From positions 1-34,191 of the IMG/VR virus record IMGVR_UViG_3300016665_000082: 34,191 nucleotides of DNA. One strand, written 5' to 3'. The position numbers and the translations under genes are program-made. Source of the DNA: a virus. The notes below the pieces were generated by a model that saw nothing but the letters and a program-made list of their open reading frames with translations, was not told the DNA's origin and made no database searches. Of this stretch, positions 21,100 through 30,238 are shown piece by piece; positions within the stretch are counted from its first letter, which is position 1, and each line of letters starts with the position of its first letter.

Positions 21100-23249
21100 G
21101 GACTGAAATATACATCGAAGGCCGCCGGGTCGATCTCTATGACGACCTATCGCTGGAACTGACGTACCAGATCGACGACGTGAAAGAGTTCGGATCGCGG
21201 GAGACGAATTTCTCCAAAACGATCGTCCTGCCCGGCACGGGGCGCAATAACCGACAATTCGGGTACATCTTTGAGTTCGGATCACAGAACGCGTATAATC
21301 CGGATTCGCCGAACATCGACTATAATTTCAACGCCGCAAAGCAGGCCGCCTGCATTGTGTACGTCGATAAGGTGCAGGTGATGAAGGGCGTGGTTCGCCT
21401 CCTGGAGATCGTCCGCACGGGCGATGTGGTGGAATACGAATGCGCGGTATTTGGGGAGCTGGGCGGGTTCGTGCAGGATCTTGGGAACGCAAAGATTGAG
21501 GCGCTCGATTTCAGCCAGTACGACGAGGCCTGGAATATGACGAACATAAAGCGGAGCTGGGAGCCTACATCCGGCATCGTCGTCTCCGGCGTCACGCTGA
21601 CGGGATATTATCCGGCCTCCGGGGTGTTTTATCCGCTCGTCGATTACGGTGGCGTGTCCACCAATAAGCATGACTGGGATTTCCGGGCATTGCGTCCGGC
21701 ATTGTACGTGAAAGAATACCTCCAGAAGATCATCGCGGGCGCCGGGTACACGTATGAAAGCGCGTTCATGGATACGGCCTTTTTTCATCGACTGGTCATC
21801 CCTAACAATCAAAAAACGCTCAAGCGCCAGACTACGCTCGGCCTATCCGCGACCGCGCAGGTGTACACGTACACAAATGTCGGGAACGTCCGATGGGACG
21901 CTGTATCCCTGGGGGATTTCACGAAGAACGCGCCTGGTACGATCTTCACCTACAACTCCGCCACACCGTTCACGGGTACGCTATCCGTGACGCTGTTCGG
22001 GGAGGTATTGGAATCCGGGACATCGCTGGAGATCGAGATCCGGAAGAACGGCGCGGCGATATATCTACACGTCAATAGTCCGAACGCGGGCGACCTGGTT
22101 GATCTGGCGGTGGATCTCCCGAATCAGACATTTAACCAGAACGACACGCTATCCGTTTACATCGACACCGACATTCGGGGACTGGGCATATCCATAACCG
22201 AGGGCGCCATCCTATTGAACAGCGCGACGCCTACCTTCGTCACGCTTGGGTATAACGACACGATCGCAATCAATGACACGATCCCGCGCGGGGTATTCCA
22301 GCGGGATTTCTTTGCCTCGGTCGTAAAAATGTTCAATCTATACGTGACGGAGGATCCGAACCGAGATCGACATCTGATCATCACGCCATACATCGATTAC
22401 TACCTCACCGGATCGGATACGCTCTTGGACGTGGACGATATTGGCACGACGCTAATGGTGGACGACCAGTACGATCTCATCATCGCGCCTGGTGTGGATA
22501 GTTCCATCGACTGGACGCATAAGCTCGACAGATCTTCCCCGATACGCCTCCGGCCAATGTCGGAGCTGAACGGGCGTTATTTTGAGTATAAGTATAAAAC
22601 CGACGCCGATTACTATAATGAACAATACCGCATAAAGTACGGCCAAGGGTACGGGGATTATCTGGAGGATACCGGGTTCGTTTACGCAAAGGAAAAACAG
22701 ACGGCGGAGCTGATATTTTCCGCCACGCCGATCGTCGGATATGTCGGGGAGGATAAACCCGTATCCACGGTATTCAAATTATCGGGCACGACGGAGGATA
22801 AAACAGAACATAACATCCGGATCTTCCAGATCAAAAAAGTGACAGGCCGGAGCGCTTACGCCGTAAAAAATGGCGGGACGAATATTGAAAGCGGCCTCAC
22901 CGCGTACGGATGGGGCGGCCATCTGGATGATCCGATCACGCCGCAAGTGGATCTAAATTTCGGCACGCCGTCGGAGCTGTATTTCGATCTGGCCGCGCAA
23001 TATCCATCGACCAACCTTTTCACGGCCTTCTGGTTCGGATGGGTTGCCGAGATCACGGATAAAGATAGTAAACTGATGACGGCATCTTTCCGCCTGATCG
23101 AGATGGATATCATGGATCTGAATTTCGCGCGCCTGATCTATATCGACGGAACGCTTTGGCGCCTGAACCGGATCATCGACTATAACCCGATCAGCAATCA
23201 AACGACGAAGGTTGAATTGCTCAAATTGATGGAAACGACATACGAATAA
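21096..23249 (+). CDS. large tail/baseplate protein (distal-tail or host-specificity-like)
   Basis: 717 aa. N-terminus MRTEIYIEGRRVDLYDDLSLELTYQIDD...FSKTIVLPGT resembles phage tail-family N-termini. Adjacent to the tape-measure-like gene. Confidence 0.45.
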   Translation: MRTEIYIEGRRVDLYDDLSLELTYQIDDVKEFGSRETNFSKTIVLPGTGRNNRQFGYIFEFGSQNAYNPDSPNIDYNFNAAKQAACIVYVDKVQVMKGVVRLLEIVRTGDVVEYECAVFGELGGFVQDLGNAKIEALDFSQYDEAWNMTNIKRSWEPTSGIVVSGVTLTGYYPASGVFYPLVDYGGVSTNKHDWDFRALRPALYVKEYLQKIIAGAGYTYESAFMDTAFFHRLVIPNNQKTLKRQTTLGLSATAQVYTYTNVGNVRWDAVSLGDFTKNAPGTIFTYNSATPFTGTLSVTLFGEVLESGTSLEIEIRKNGAAIYLHVNSPNAGDLVDLAVDLPNQTFNQNDTLSVYIDTDIRGLGISITEGAILLNSATPTFVTLGYNDTIAINDTIPRGVFQRDFFASVVKMFNLYVTEDPNRDRHLIITPYIDYYLTGSDTLLDVDDIGTTLMVDDQYDLIIAPGVDSSIDWTHKLDRSSPIRLRPMSELNGRYFEYKYKTDADYYNEQYRIKYGQGYGDYLEDTGFVYAKEKQTAELIFSATPIVGYVGEDKPVSTVFKLSGTTEDKTEHNIRIFQIKKVTGRSAYAVKNGGTNIESGLTAYGWGGHLDDPITPQVDLNFGTPSELYFDLAAQYPSTNLFTAFWFGWVAEITDKDSKLMTASFRLIEMDIMDLNFARLIYIDGTLWRLNRIIDYNPISNQTTKVELLKLMETTYE

Positions 23250-23250
23250 C

Positions 23251-25359
23251 ATGGCGGAAGAAAAGGTAGGTATAAAGTTAGAGGTCGATGGATCGCAGGC
23301 AACGAAGGCCGTCGGCAATGTCCGCAAGGAAATAAAGGAGGCCACCGTCGCGCTGCAACAGGCGCAGGCACAGTTCGGGGAATATAGCGCGGAGGCGATC
23401 ACGGCGGCAAAGCGGGTGGCGGAACTACGCGACCGGGTATCCGAGGCCGCGGAGACTGCGCGCCTGTTCGATCCGGGGCAAAAGTTCGCAGCGTTCAGCG
23501 GTGCATTGAACGCCGTGGCCGGTGGATTCTCCGCCGTTCAGGGGGCGCTGGGCCTTGTAGGTGTAGAATCCGAAGAGGTGCAGAAGCAGCTCCTGAAAGT
23601 TCAGTCCGCGCTCGCATTGTCACAGGGGCTGAACGTGATCACCGACAGCGCAAAAGATTTCCAGCGCCTGGGGGCGGTCATAAAACAAACGGAGACCTTC
23701 CAGCGTGGCCTCGCCGCCGCCAACGTCGTCACATCGACGGCATTGCAGGCCGTTGGCGTATCCGCTACAACTACGTCGGTCGGATTCAAGGTCCTTCGCG
23801 GCGCCATCGTCGCGACGGGCATCGGGGCGCTCGCCGTCGGGCTGGTATTGTTGGTGCAGAATTTCGATAAGGTCCGGGACGCCGTTTATCGATTCATTCC
23901 GGGCCTCAAAACAGCGACGGAGTTCATCGGGGGCCTGGTGCAATCCGTGACTGATTTCATCGGTATAACGTCCGAGGCGGATCGGGCAACGGCGAAACTG
24001 ATCGCGGACAATTCCGCCCGCATAAAGGCCGCGGAGCGGGATCTGGAGCTGAATGGCGACAAGTACGATCAATACACCCAGCGGAAGATAAAAGCGAATA
24101 TCGACTACCGGAAATCGCTGGAAGAACTGACGAAAGATGAAACGCTATCTGTTCAGGAGCGCGAACGGTTCATCGCCCAGGCACGGGCGAAAGCCGACCG
24201 GGAAATCGCGCGAGCGGATGAAGATCGCAATAACGCGGCGGAGGAACGGCGAAAAGCGGATCAGAAAAAAGCGGATGACGCGGCAAAGGTATCGGCGGAC
24301 AAGCGAAAAGCGGAAGCGGATCGTCTGGCCGGGATCGAAAAGCAGGCGCTCGATGAATTGCAGCGCCTTCGGGACGAGGCCGCCATCGCTGCAATAAAAG
24401 ACGAGGATCAGCGACAGATCAAGGCGATCGAAATCGCGCTGCAACGCGAACAGGATCGGATCAAGGCGCTGGAGATATCCGAAACCACGCGAACCGAATT
24501 ACTGAAGGCGTCCACGGAAAAAGCCGATCGGGAGATCCAAGCGATCAACCAAGCGCGAATCGACGCGGAGATAAAAGCGGCGGAAGATCAAGCGGCCAAA
24601 CTTGCGGAAATCGAGGCCAAACGGATCGAGGACGAAACTACCGCACGGCGCGAAGCGGCGCAACTACGCATCGAGGAGACATTCCGCGAAATCGAAAATG
24701 AGGCGCTTACCTATGACGCCCGGCGGGCATTGATCGATCAAGGTATCGCGGATCTACAACGGTACTATGAGGCCGGAACAATCGGCGAACAACAATACAC
24801 CCAGACGCGCCGGGAACTGACGATGGAACGGATCGCGCTCGATCAGGCCGAACGGGACGCAAAAATACAGGTCGCGCAGCAAATCGCCGGGGCGATCGTT
24901 CAACTGGGGAGCCTGTTCAAACAAGGCACCGCGGCGGCGAAGGTCGCGGCATTGTCGGAGATCGCCATCAATACCGGTGTAGGATTGATCCAAGGCCTCG
25001 ACATCGCGCAAAAGTCCGCGAAGGCGACCGGACCAGCGGCGGCGTTCGCGTTCCCTATATTTTACGCCACACAGATCGCGGCGGTACTGGGCGCGGCGGC
25101 GAAAGCCAAGCAGGTACTCCGAAGCGATACCGGGGCCGGGGGCGGTGGCATATCCGCCACATCCGCGCCGCAATTTTCCGCGCCATCCAACACCGCGCCA
25201 ATCGCGCCTCCACGGCCACAGGTCGCAACGACGGAACTGGGGCCACAATCCATGCAGGGCATAAATGTGGCCAGCACCCGGGCGTATGTCGTGGAGAGCG
25301 ATATAACAGGCGCACAGGAAAGGATCACACGCCTTAACCGCGCGGCACGATTGGGCTGA
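23251..25359 (+). CDS. tape measure-like protein
   Basis: 702 aa. Long Ala/Glu/Arg/Lys coiled-coil core, flanked by Gly/Ala-rich hydrophobic segments (AFSGALNAVAGGFSAVQGALGLVGV, GAIVATGIGALAVGLVLLV, PAAAFAFPIFYATQIAAVLGAAA). Confidence 0.55.
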   Translation: MAEEKVGIKLEVDGSQATKAVGNVRKEIKEATVALQQAQAQFGEYSAEAITAAKRVAELRDRVSEAAETARLFDPGQKFAAFSGALNAVAGGFSAVQGALGLVGVESEEVQKQLLKVQSALALSQGLNVITDSAKDFQRLGAVIKQTETFQRGLAAANVVTSTALQAVGVSATTTSVGFKVLRGAIVATGIGALAVGLVLLVQNFDKVRDAVYRFIPGLKTATEFIGGLVQSVTDFIGITSEADRATAKLIADNSARIKAAERDLELNGDKYDQYTQRKIKANIDYRKSLEELTKDETLSVQERERFIAQARAKADREIARADEDRNNAAEERRKADQKKADDAAKVSADKRKAEADRLAGIEKQALDELQRLRDEAAIAAIKDEDQRQIKAIEIALQREQDRIKALEISETTRTELLKASTEKADREIQAINQARIDAEIKAAEDQAAKLAEIEAKRIEDETTARREAAQLRIEETFREIENEALTYDARRALIDQGIADLQRYYEAGTIGEQQYTQTRRELTMERIALDQAERDAKIQVAQQIAGAIVQLGSLFKQGTAAAKVAALSEIAINTGVGLIQGLDIAQKSAKATGPAAAFAFPIFYATQIAAVLGAAAKAKQVLRSDTGAGGGGISATSAPQFSAPSNTAPIAPPRPQVATTELGPQSMQGINVASTRAYVVESDITGAQERITRLNRAARLG

Positions 25360-25389
25360 TCGCCCTAATTATGTTTTAAAATAGAACAA

Positions 25390-26448
25390 ATGGACAACCT
25401 TCCAATATTTGAACTGGTCATAAGCGAAGATGAGGCCGCGGAAACCGAGGTTAATTTTATCGCGCTCGTAAAGAAACCCGCCATCGAGCGGAATTTTATC
25501 GCGTTCGCGCAGGAGGATTTCGTCGAACCGGGACCGACCGAAACGCAGGACGAGTTCATCGGACGCTGTATCCCGGCAATGATCGGGGAGGGGAAAGAAC
25601 AGGATCAGGCCGCCGCGATCTGCTATTCTAAATGGGAGGACCGGGAGCGCATGGCGTCCGAATTTCAGGAAACGATCACCGACATCCCGGACGATGTCCG
25701 CGCTAATGCCCGGAACGCGGTCGAATGGGCGGAGAAAAATGGATGGGGGTCATGCGGCACACCCGTTGGTAAGCGTCGGGCATCCCAGCTCGCAGAACGG
25801 GGAGGGGCGGTATCGCTCGACACCGTCCGTCGCATGTACTCCTATCTTTCCCGTCACGCCGGGGATCTGGACAATTCCAAAGGGTACGCGGACGGATGCG
25901 GAAAGCTCATGTATGACGCATGGGGCGGGAAATCCGGGTTGTCATGGGCGCGCAATGTCCTGCGCCGGGAAAACATGCACGCTTTCGCGATCCAGGACGA
26001 GGACGAGCGGATCGTATCCGGGCCGCTGATGGTTCCGGGAAAAAAGATCTACCGCCGTGACGGAGACAATGAATACATGGTGACGTTCAGCGCCGAAACC
26101 ATCAAGGCGATCGCCATGAAATTCATGCGGAAGCGGTACCAGGGGAACGTGAACATCATGCACGACGGAGAACAGGTCGTCCCGGGGGCGGTATTGTTTG
26201 AGACATGGATAAAGGACACGAAGCGCGGCGTCGGTGGAATGGCCGGATATGACGATCTCCCGGATGGGACATGGTTTGGATCGATTAAGATCGAGGATGA
26301 CGCGACATGGGCCGATGTAAAGGCCGGGAAGCTCCAAGGGTTCAGCGTCGAGGGGGTATTCGGATATGTCCGGGAACGCGAAACCGAAATCGCAGCGGAT
26401 CGCATGATGTCCGCAATCATCGACATCCTCGGACAGGTACGGCAATAA
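25390..26448 (+). CDS. XkdF-like putative prohead serine protease domain protein
   Basis: N-terminal VNFIALVKKPAIERNFIAF and C-terminal VSGPLMVPGKKIYRRDGD...NIMHDG...DGTWFGSIKIEDDATWADVKAGKLQGFSVEG match my memory of Peptidase_S78_2/XkdF. An insert of about 150 aa lies between them. Confidence 0.55.
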   Translation: MDNLPIFELVISEDEAAETEVNFIALVKKPAIERNFIAFAQEDFVEPGPTETQDEFIGRCIPAMIGEGKEQDQAAAICYSKWEDRERMASEFQETITDIPDDVRANARNAVEWAEKNGWGSCGTPVGKRRASQLAERGGAVSLDTVRRMYSYLSRHAGDLDNSKGYADGCGKLMYDAWGGKSGLSWARNVLRRENMHAFAIQDEDERIVSGPLMVPGKKIYRRDGDNEYMVTFSAETIKAIAMKFMRKRYQGNVNIMHDGEQVVPGAVLFETWIKDTKRGVGGMAGYDDLPDGTWFGSIKIEDDATWADVKAGKLQGFSVEGVFGYVRERETEIAADRMMSAIIDILGQVRQ

Positions 26449-26458
26449 ATTACGCGAA

Positions 26459-26468
26459 CCGCTAAATA
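26459..26468 (+). promoter_or_regulatory. late-gene upstream box CCGCTAAATA
   Basis: Ends 6 nt before ATG 26475. Confidence 0.3.
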
Positions 26469-26474
26469 ACACCG

Positions 26475-26825
26475 ATGGCAGGCAATTATTTACCAGCGAC
26501 ATATAACATAAAGCTCACCAAGGGCAACACATGGCAGACCGTTTTCGCGCTGTTCAAAGATAGCGCGGCGATCAACCTATCGGCGGCGGAGGTACGCGTC
26601 CAGATCCGCCGGAAGGCGTCCAGCACGACGGCGGAGGTAACGATCACGGAGGCGGACGGGATTACCGTCGGCGGGGCGTCATCGAACGAGATCACCATAT
26701 CGAAGCGCGTGGACATCGCCGCCGGAGATTATGTGTGGGATCTACTCGTTATCAACGCCGGGGTGTATAAAACCTATATCGGCGGGAAGATCGAAATCGT
26801 GGACGAAGTAACCGTACCAGCATGA
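26475..26825 (+). CDS. hypothetical virion-region protein (116 aa, beta-rich)
   Basis: ATGA-coupled to the next gene. Confidence 0.55.
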   Translation: MAGNYLPATYNIKLTKGNTWQTVFALFKDSAAINLSAAEVRVQIRRKASSTTAEVTITEADGITVGGASSNEITISKRVDIAAGDYVWDLLVINAGVYKTYIGGKIEIVDEVTVPA

Positions 26826-27325
26826 GCATAGAGGTAAACATAACCGAGGATAAGGTCGAAATCTTCGACGGCACACAGGCCGCATATCTGGCCGCCGTGG
26901 ATACGCAGGACCAGACCAACGCTGGGGCGACATCGGTTAATCTGATGAAGTTCCGCACGACCGAAATATCCCGCGACATCTCGATCGTATCGGACAGCCG
27001 GATCACGATGGCGAAGGCCGGGATCTATAATATTCAATTTTCAGCGCAATTCGATAAGACCGACGGCGGGGATGATATCGTCCACGTTTGGCTATTAAAG
27101 AACGGGCAGAACGTGGCGAATACGAATACCGAGATGACGCTGGTCGGCAATAACGGAAAGCACGTCGCCGCGTGGAATTTCGTCGTCCAGGCATCCGCGG
27201 GCGACTATTACGAGCTGGCCTGGCACAGCACGGACACGTCGGTATTTATCAACTATGTGGCGCCGCAATCAACGCCGACGCGGCCCGCCATCCCGTCGGT
27301 GATCCTGACGGTTACTCAAGTCTAA
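26822..27325 (+). CDS. C1q/TNF-like jelly-roll domain protein (decoration or receptor-binding candidate)
   Basis: AGIYNIQFSAQF...VHVWLLKNGQNV...AAWNFVVQASAGDYYELAWHS fits the C1q/BclA-type globular head pattern. Confidence 0.45.
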   Translation: MSIEVNITEDKVEIFDGTQAAYLAAVDTQDQTNAGATSVNLMKFRTTEISRDISIVSDSRITMAKAGIYNIQFSAQFDKTDGGDDIVHVWLLKNGQNVANTNTEMTLVGNNGKHVAAWNFVVQASAGDYYELAWHSTDTSVFINYVAPQSTPTRPAIPSVILTVTQV

Positions 27326-27342
27326 ACAAAACAAAACATAAA

Positions 27343-27573
27343 ATGAGCAATCTTTTCTCCCTCAACCTCCGCGACCTGGTGAAGGGCGCCGTCGTCGCTG
27401 CATTGGCCGTTATCGCCGCCGCTGTTACCACATCCCTCGAAGCCGGGGCCGTCCCGACGCTGGAGCAGTGGAAGGGTATCGGATGGTCCGGCCTGATGGC
27501 GGGCGCCGCCTATCTGCTGAAAAACCTGTTCACCAACAGCAACGATGAAATCCTGAAACCGGAGGCGAAATGA
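27343..27573 (+). CDS. small 2-TM membrane protein (holin-like)
   Basis: Internal ATG of track ORF 27172..27573. 76 aa with TM segments AVVAALAVIAAAVTT and WSGLMAGAAYLL and a charged C-terminus. Confidence 0.45.
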   Translation: MSNLFSLNLRDLVKGAVVAALAVIAAAVTTSLEAGAVPTLEQWKGIGWSGLMAGAAYLLKNLFTNSNDEILKPEAK

Positions 27574-27603
27574 TCGCCTATATGGTAACAATTAACCACA
27601 TAA

Positions 27604-27610
27604 CTAAATA
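27604..27610 (+). promoter_or_regulatory. late-gene upstream box CTAAATA
   Basis: Ends 8 nt before ATG 27619. Confidence 0.25.
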
Positions 27611-27618
27611 ACGGTAAG

Positions 27619-28194
27619 ATGACAGCAAAAGAAGCACTCGATAAGATCCGCGCAATGTTCGCGGATATGCCACCCGCTCCCGCGCCGGAGCCGGAACCCG
27701 CCAAGATGGAGGCGAAAGAATATGTCCTCGAAGGCGGCCAGAAGGTACTTGTATCTGAACTCGAAATAGGCGGTATGGTTCAGCTGGTCGATGACGCTGG
27801 CAACACCGCGCCCGCTCCCGCTGGCGATCACAAGTTCGCCGATGGCACCACGATCACCGTCGGGGAAAATGGTCTGATCACCGCGATCACCGTTCCCGCC
27901 GTTGAACCGGAAATGCCTGCAGAACCTGGTGAAGATATGTCCGCGAAGTTCGCCGCCATCGAAGCCGATAACGCCGCGCTCCGCGCTGCCATCGACGCAC
28001 AGGCCGCAAAGTTCGCCGATGAACTGGTCGCCACTAACGATCGCCTTCGCACGCTGGCCGATGTGTTCAGCGCCATGATGCAGACGCCCGGCGCCGATCC
28101 GATCGGGAAGCCGCATCACAATTTCGAGCAAACGGAAAGTAAAGACGAAAAATTGAAGCGGATCGCTGACCGTATCGCCAGCCTCCGCAAATAA
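27619..28194 (+). CDS. scaffolding protein candidate
   Basis: 191 aa, immediately upstream of the capsid gene. Pro/Ala/Glu linkers and a helical C-terminus AKFAAIEADNAALRAAIDAQAAKFADELVATNDRLRTLADV. Confidence 0.5.
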   Translation: MTAKEALDKIRAMFADMPPAPAPEPEPAKMEAKEYVLEGGQKVLVSELEIGGMVQLVDDAGNTAPAPAGDHKFADGTTITVGENGLITAITVPAVEPEMPAEPGEDMSAKFAAIEADNAALRAAIDAQAAKFADELVATNDRLRTLADVFSAMMQTPGADPIGKPHHNFEQTESKDEKLKRIADRIASLRK

Positions 28195-28220
28195 TCACCA
28201 ACAAATAAAAATCGACAAAA

Positions 28221-29174
28221 ATGGCATTTTCACTCGGTACATTAACCGCCTATGTTGAGCAGAACGAACAACTGCTCGTCGCCGCCTCCGTCCTCGGTCC
28301 CAAGACCGCCGCATTGATCCAGTCCCAGGGCAACGTCATGGTGGGCGTTAAGTCCGCGGAAACGATCAACATCATGGACACGGACGCCATCTTCCAGGCG
28401 GGCGGTACATGCGGATTCACGACCTCCGGCACCACCACGATCACCCAGCGCACGGTAACCGTCGGTAAGTTCAAGGTGAACGAGGCCATCTGCCCGAAGG
28501 ACCTGGAGGCCTACTATCTCCAGAAGGCGCTGCCCGCCGGATCGCGTTACGATACGATCACCTTCGCCGCTGACTACACTGGGAAGAAGGCCGAAAAGAT
28601 CGCCTCCCAGCTTGAAACTGCCATCTGGCAGGGTGACACCACATCGCTGAACGCCAACCTTAACAAGTTCGACGGATTCATCGAGCTGATCAAGGATGCA
28701 GGCGCCAGCGTGGTGAACGCGAACAGCGTGGCCTATTACGGATCAGTAGAGACGGCGATCAACGATACCACCGTGGTAAACGTTTTCGACGCCGTTTACA
28801 AGGCCATCCCGGCCCAGGTGATCGACAAGGACGACGTCAAGATCTTCTGCGGAATGGATGTATTCCGGACGCTGACGATCAAGATCAAAAATGCCAACCT
28901 GTTCCATTATCAGGTGGACGCGAAGCCGAACGCATCGTTTTTCCTCCCAGGAACAGCGATCGAAGTGGTCGGCACTCCGGGCCTGAACGGCACGAATAAG
29001 ATCTACGCCATGCGCGTGTCTAACATGTGGCTGGGTACCGATCTGCTGGATGAGGACCAGAACCGCTGGGAGCTGTTTTTCGCCCGCGAAGCCGATCAGG
29101 TTCGGTTCGTATCCGAGTTCAAAATGGGCGTAAATTTCGCCTTCCCGACCGAGATCGTGAAGTTCGAGATCTGA
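28221..29174 (+). CDS. major capsid protein
   Basis: 317 aa, following the scaffold-like gene, no Cys-rich or TM features, and followed by a GC-rich hairpin. Assignment rests on position, size and general resemblance only. Confidence 0.65.
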   Translation: MAFSLGTLTAYVEQNEQLLVAASVLGPKTAALIQSQGNVMVGVKSAETINIMDTDAIFQAGGTCGFTTSGTTTITQRTVTVGKFKVNEAICPKDLEAYYLQKALPAGSRYDTITFAADYTGKKAEKIASQLETAIWQGDTTSLNANLNKFDGFIELIKDAGASVVNANSVAYYGSVETAINDTTVVNVFDAVYKAIPAQVIDKDDVKIFCGMDVFRTLTIKIKNANLFHYQVDAKPNASFFLPGTAIEVVGTPGLNGTNKIYAMRVSNMWLGTDLLDEDQNRWELFFAREADQVRFVSEFKMGVNFAFPTEIVKFEI

Positions 29175-29182
29175 CGATAATG

Positions 29183-29202
29183 GGGCGGCCTTCGGGTCGC
29201 CC
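29183..29202 (+). terminator. GC-rich hairpin with TTCG tetraloop after the capsid gene (no T-run)
   Basis: gggcggcc-ttcg-ggtcgccc, 8-bp stem with one G-U pair. Confidence 0.45.
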
Positions 29203-29230
29203 TACATCATAACCGCAAAATAATTAACGA

Positions 29231-29743
29231 ATGGCATGCGCCTTAACACAAGGTTACACGTTCGACTGCAAGGATAGCGTTGGCGGCCTGAAGGCCGTCT
29301 GGTTCATCTCGGCAAACGACGTGACGACCGTAACGGAAACCTCCGGACTGGTGACGACGATCACCAAGGCCGCTGGTAAAGTTTTTTACAAATATCAGCT
29401 CGTCCGGAATACGTCATCCTTCACGGAGACCATCGCTGGATCCGTCGAAAATGGCACCGTCGTTTACAACCAGGAACTCCTGATCGTGATTAACAAAATG
29501 CAGGTATCCGTCCGCAACGAAATTTTGTTGCTGGCACAGAACAACCTCATGGCCGTTATCGAGGATCAAAACGGTAAGTATTGGCTGGCCGGTAAATTGA
29601 ACGGATTGGATCTCACTGCTGGCACCGCCGGCACCGGACTGGCACAATCCGACCGTAACGGTTACTCCCTCACATTCACGGGTGGAGAGCGCGCCTTGGC
29701 GCCGGAAGTATCCAGCGGGATCATTGCCGGACTGACATCATGA
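29231..29743 (+). CDS. major tail (tube)-like protein, tentative
   Basis: 170 aa. GGLKAVWFI...FTETIAGSVENGTVVYNQEL...VIEDQNGKYWLAGKLNGLDL...GYSLTFTGGE resembles tail-tube families from memory. Followed by a strong terminator. Confidence 0.4.
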   Translation: MACALTQGYTFDCKDSVGGLKAVWFISANDVTTVTETSGLVTTITKAAGKVFYKYQLVRNTSSFTETIAGSVENGTVVYNQELLIVINKMQVSVRNEILLLAQNNLMAVIEDQNGKYWLAGKLNGLDLTAGTAGTGLAQSDRNGYSLTFTGGERALAPEVSSGIIAGLTS

Positions 29744-29789
29744 TGTATCTTCGCTGAATCGTTGGACATTATAGGGATTATGGGTTTGA

Positions 29790-29822
29790 GCCTCCACCTT
29801 TCCAGGTGGGGGCTTTTCTTTT
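29790..29822 (+). terminator. intrinsic terminator
   Basis: 10-bp stem gcctccacct / aggtgggggc, loop ttcc, followed by ttttctttt. Confidence 0.8.
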
Positions 29823-29842
29823 CGGTGCAAACGTCGCGCCGT

Positions 29843-29851
29843 CGCTAATTA
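29843..29851 (+). promoter_or_regulatory. late-gene upstream box CGCTAATTA
   Basis: Ends 3 nt before ATG 29855 and 6 nt before ATG 29858. It follows the terminator by about 20 nt. Confidence 0.35.
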
Positions 29852-29854
29852 TGA

Positions 29855-30238
29855 ATGATGATCAATCTCACGACTGGAACGATTACAAATGTGCGGGTAA
29901 CGCTGACGGAGCGCACCACGATACCGTCGGCCTCCTATCTTTTCCGGTTTGTGCAAAGGGCAACTAATCGAGAAATTCGAGTAGTTCGCCGCGGTACGGA
30001 CGACCTATCGCCATATCCGTCCAGGTACAACCTTTTCGCCATCGACGTCGATCAGATCTTTTGTGGCATCATCGGCGAATATCAGTACTACATCTACGAA
30101 CAAGCGAGCGCGTCGAATACCGAACTGGATCTCACGGGCGCGCTCATTGAACAGGGACTGGCGCGTCTGAACGCTCCGGCGGATGATCAATTTACATTCA
30201 AGGCATACCAGCCGGATAACATTTATACAACGCCATGA
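29855..30238 (+). CDS. hypothetical virion-region protein (127 aa)
   Basis: ATGA-coupled to the portal gene. Confidence 0.55.
   Translation: MMINLTTGTITNVRVTLTERTTIPSASYLFRFVQRATNREIRVVRRGTDDLSPYPSRYNLFAIDVDQIFCGIIGEYQYYIYEQASASNTELDLTGALIEQGLARLNAPADDQFTFKAYQPDNIYTTP

Noticed and set aside
24137-24444. Lys/Arg-rich alternative-frame ORFs (24137..24397 +, 24145..24444 -) inside the tape-measure-like gene.
   Set aside because: They are products of the repetitive GAA/GCG/AAA codon composition of the coiled-coil region, not independent genes.
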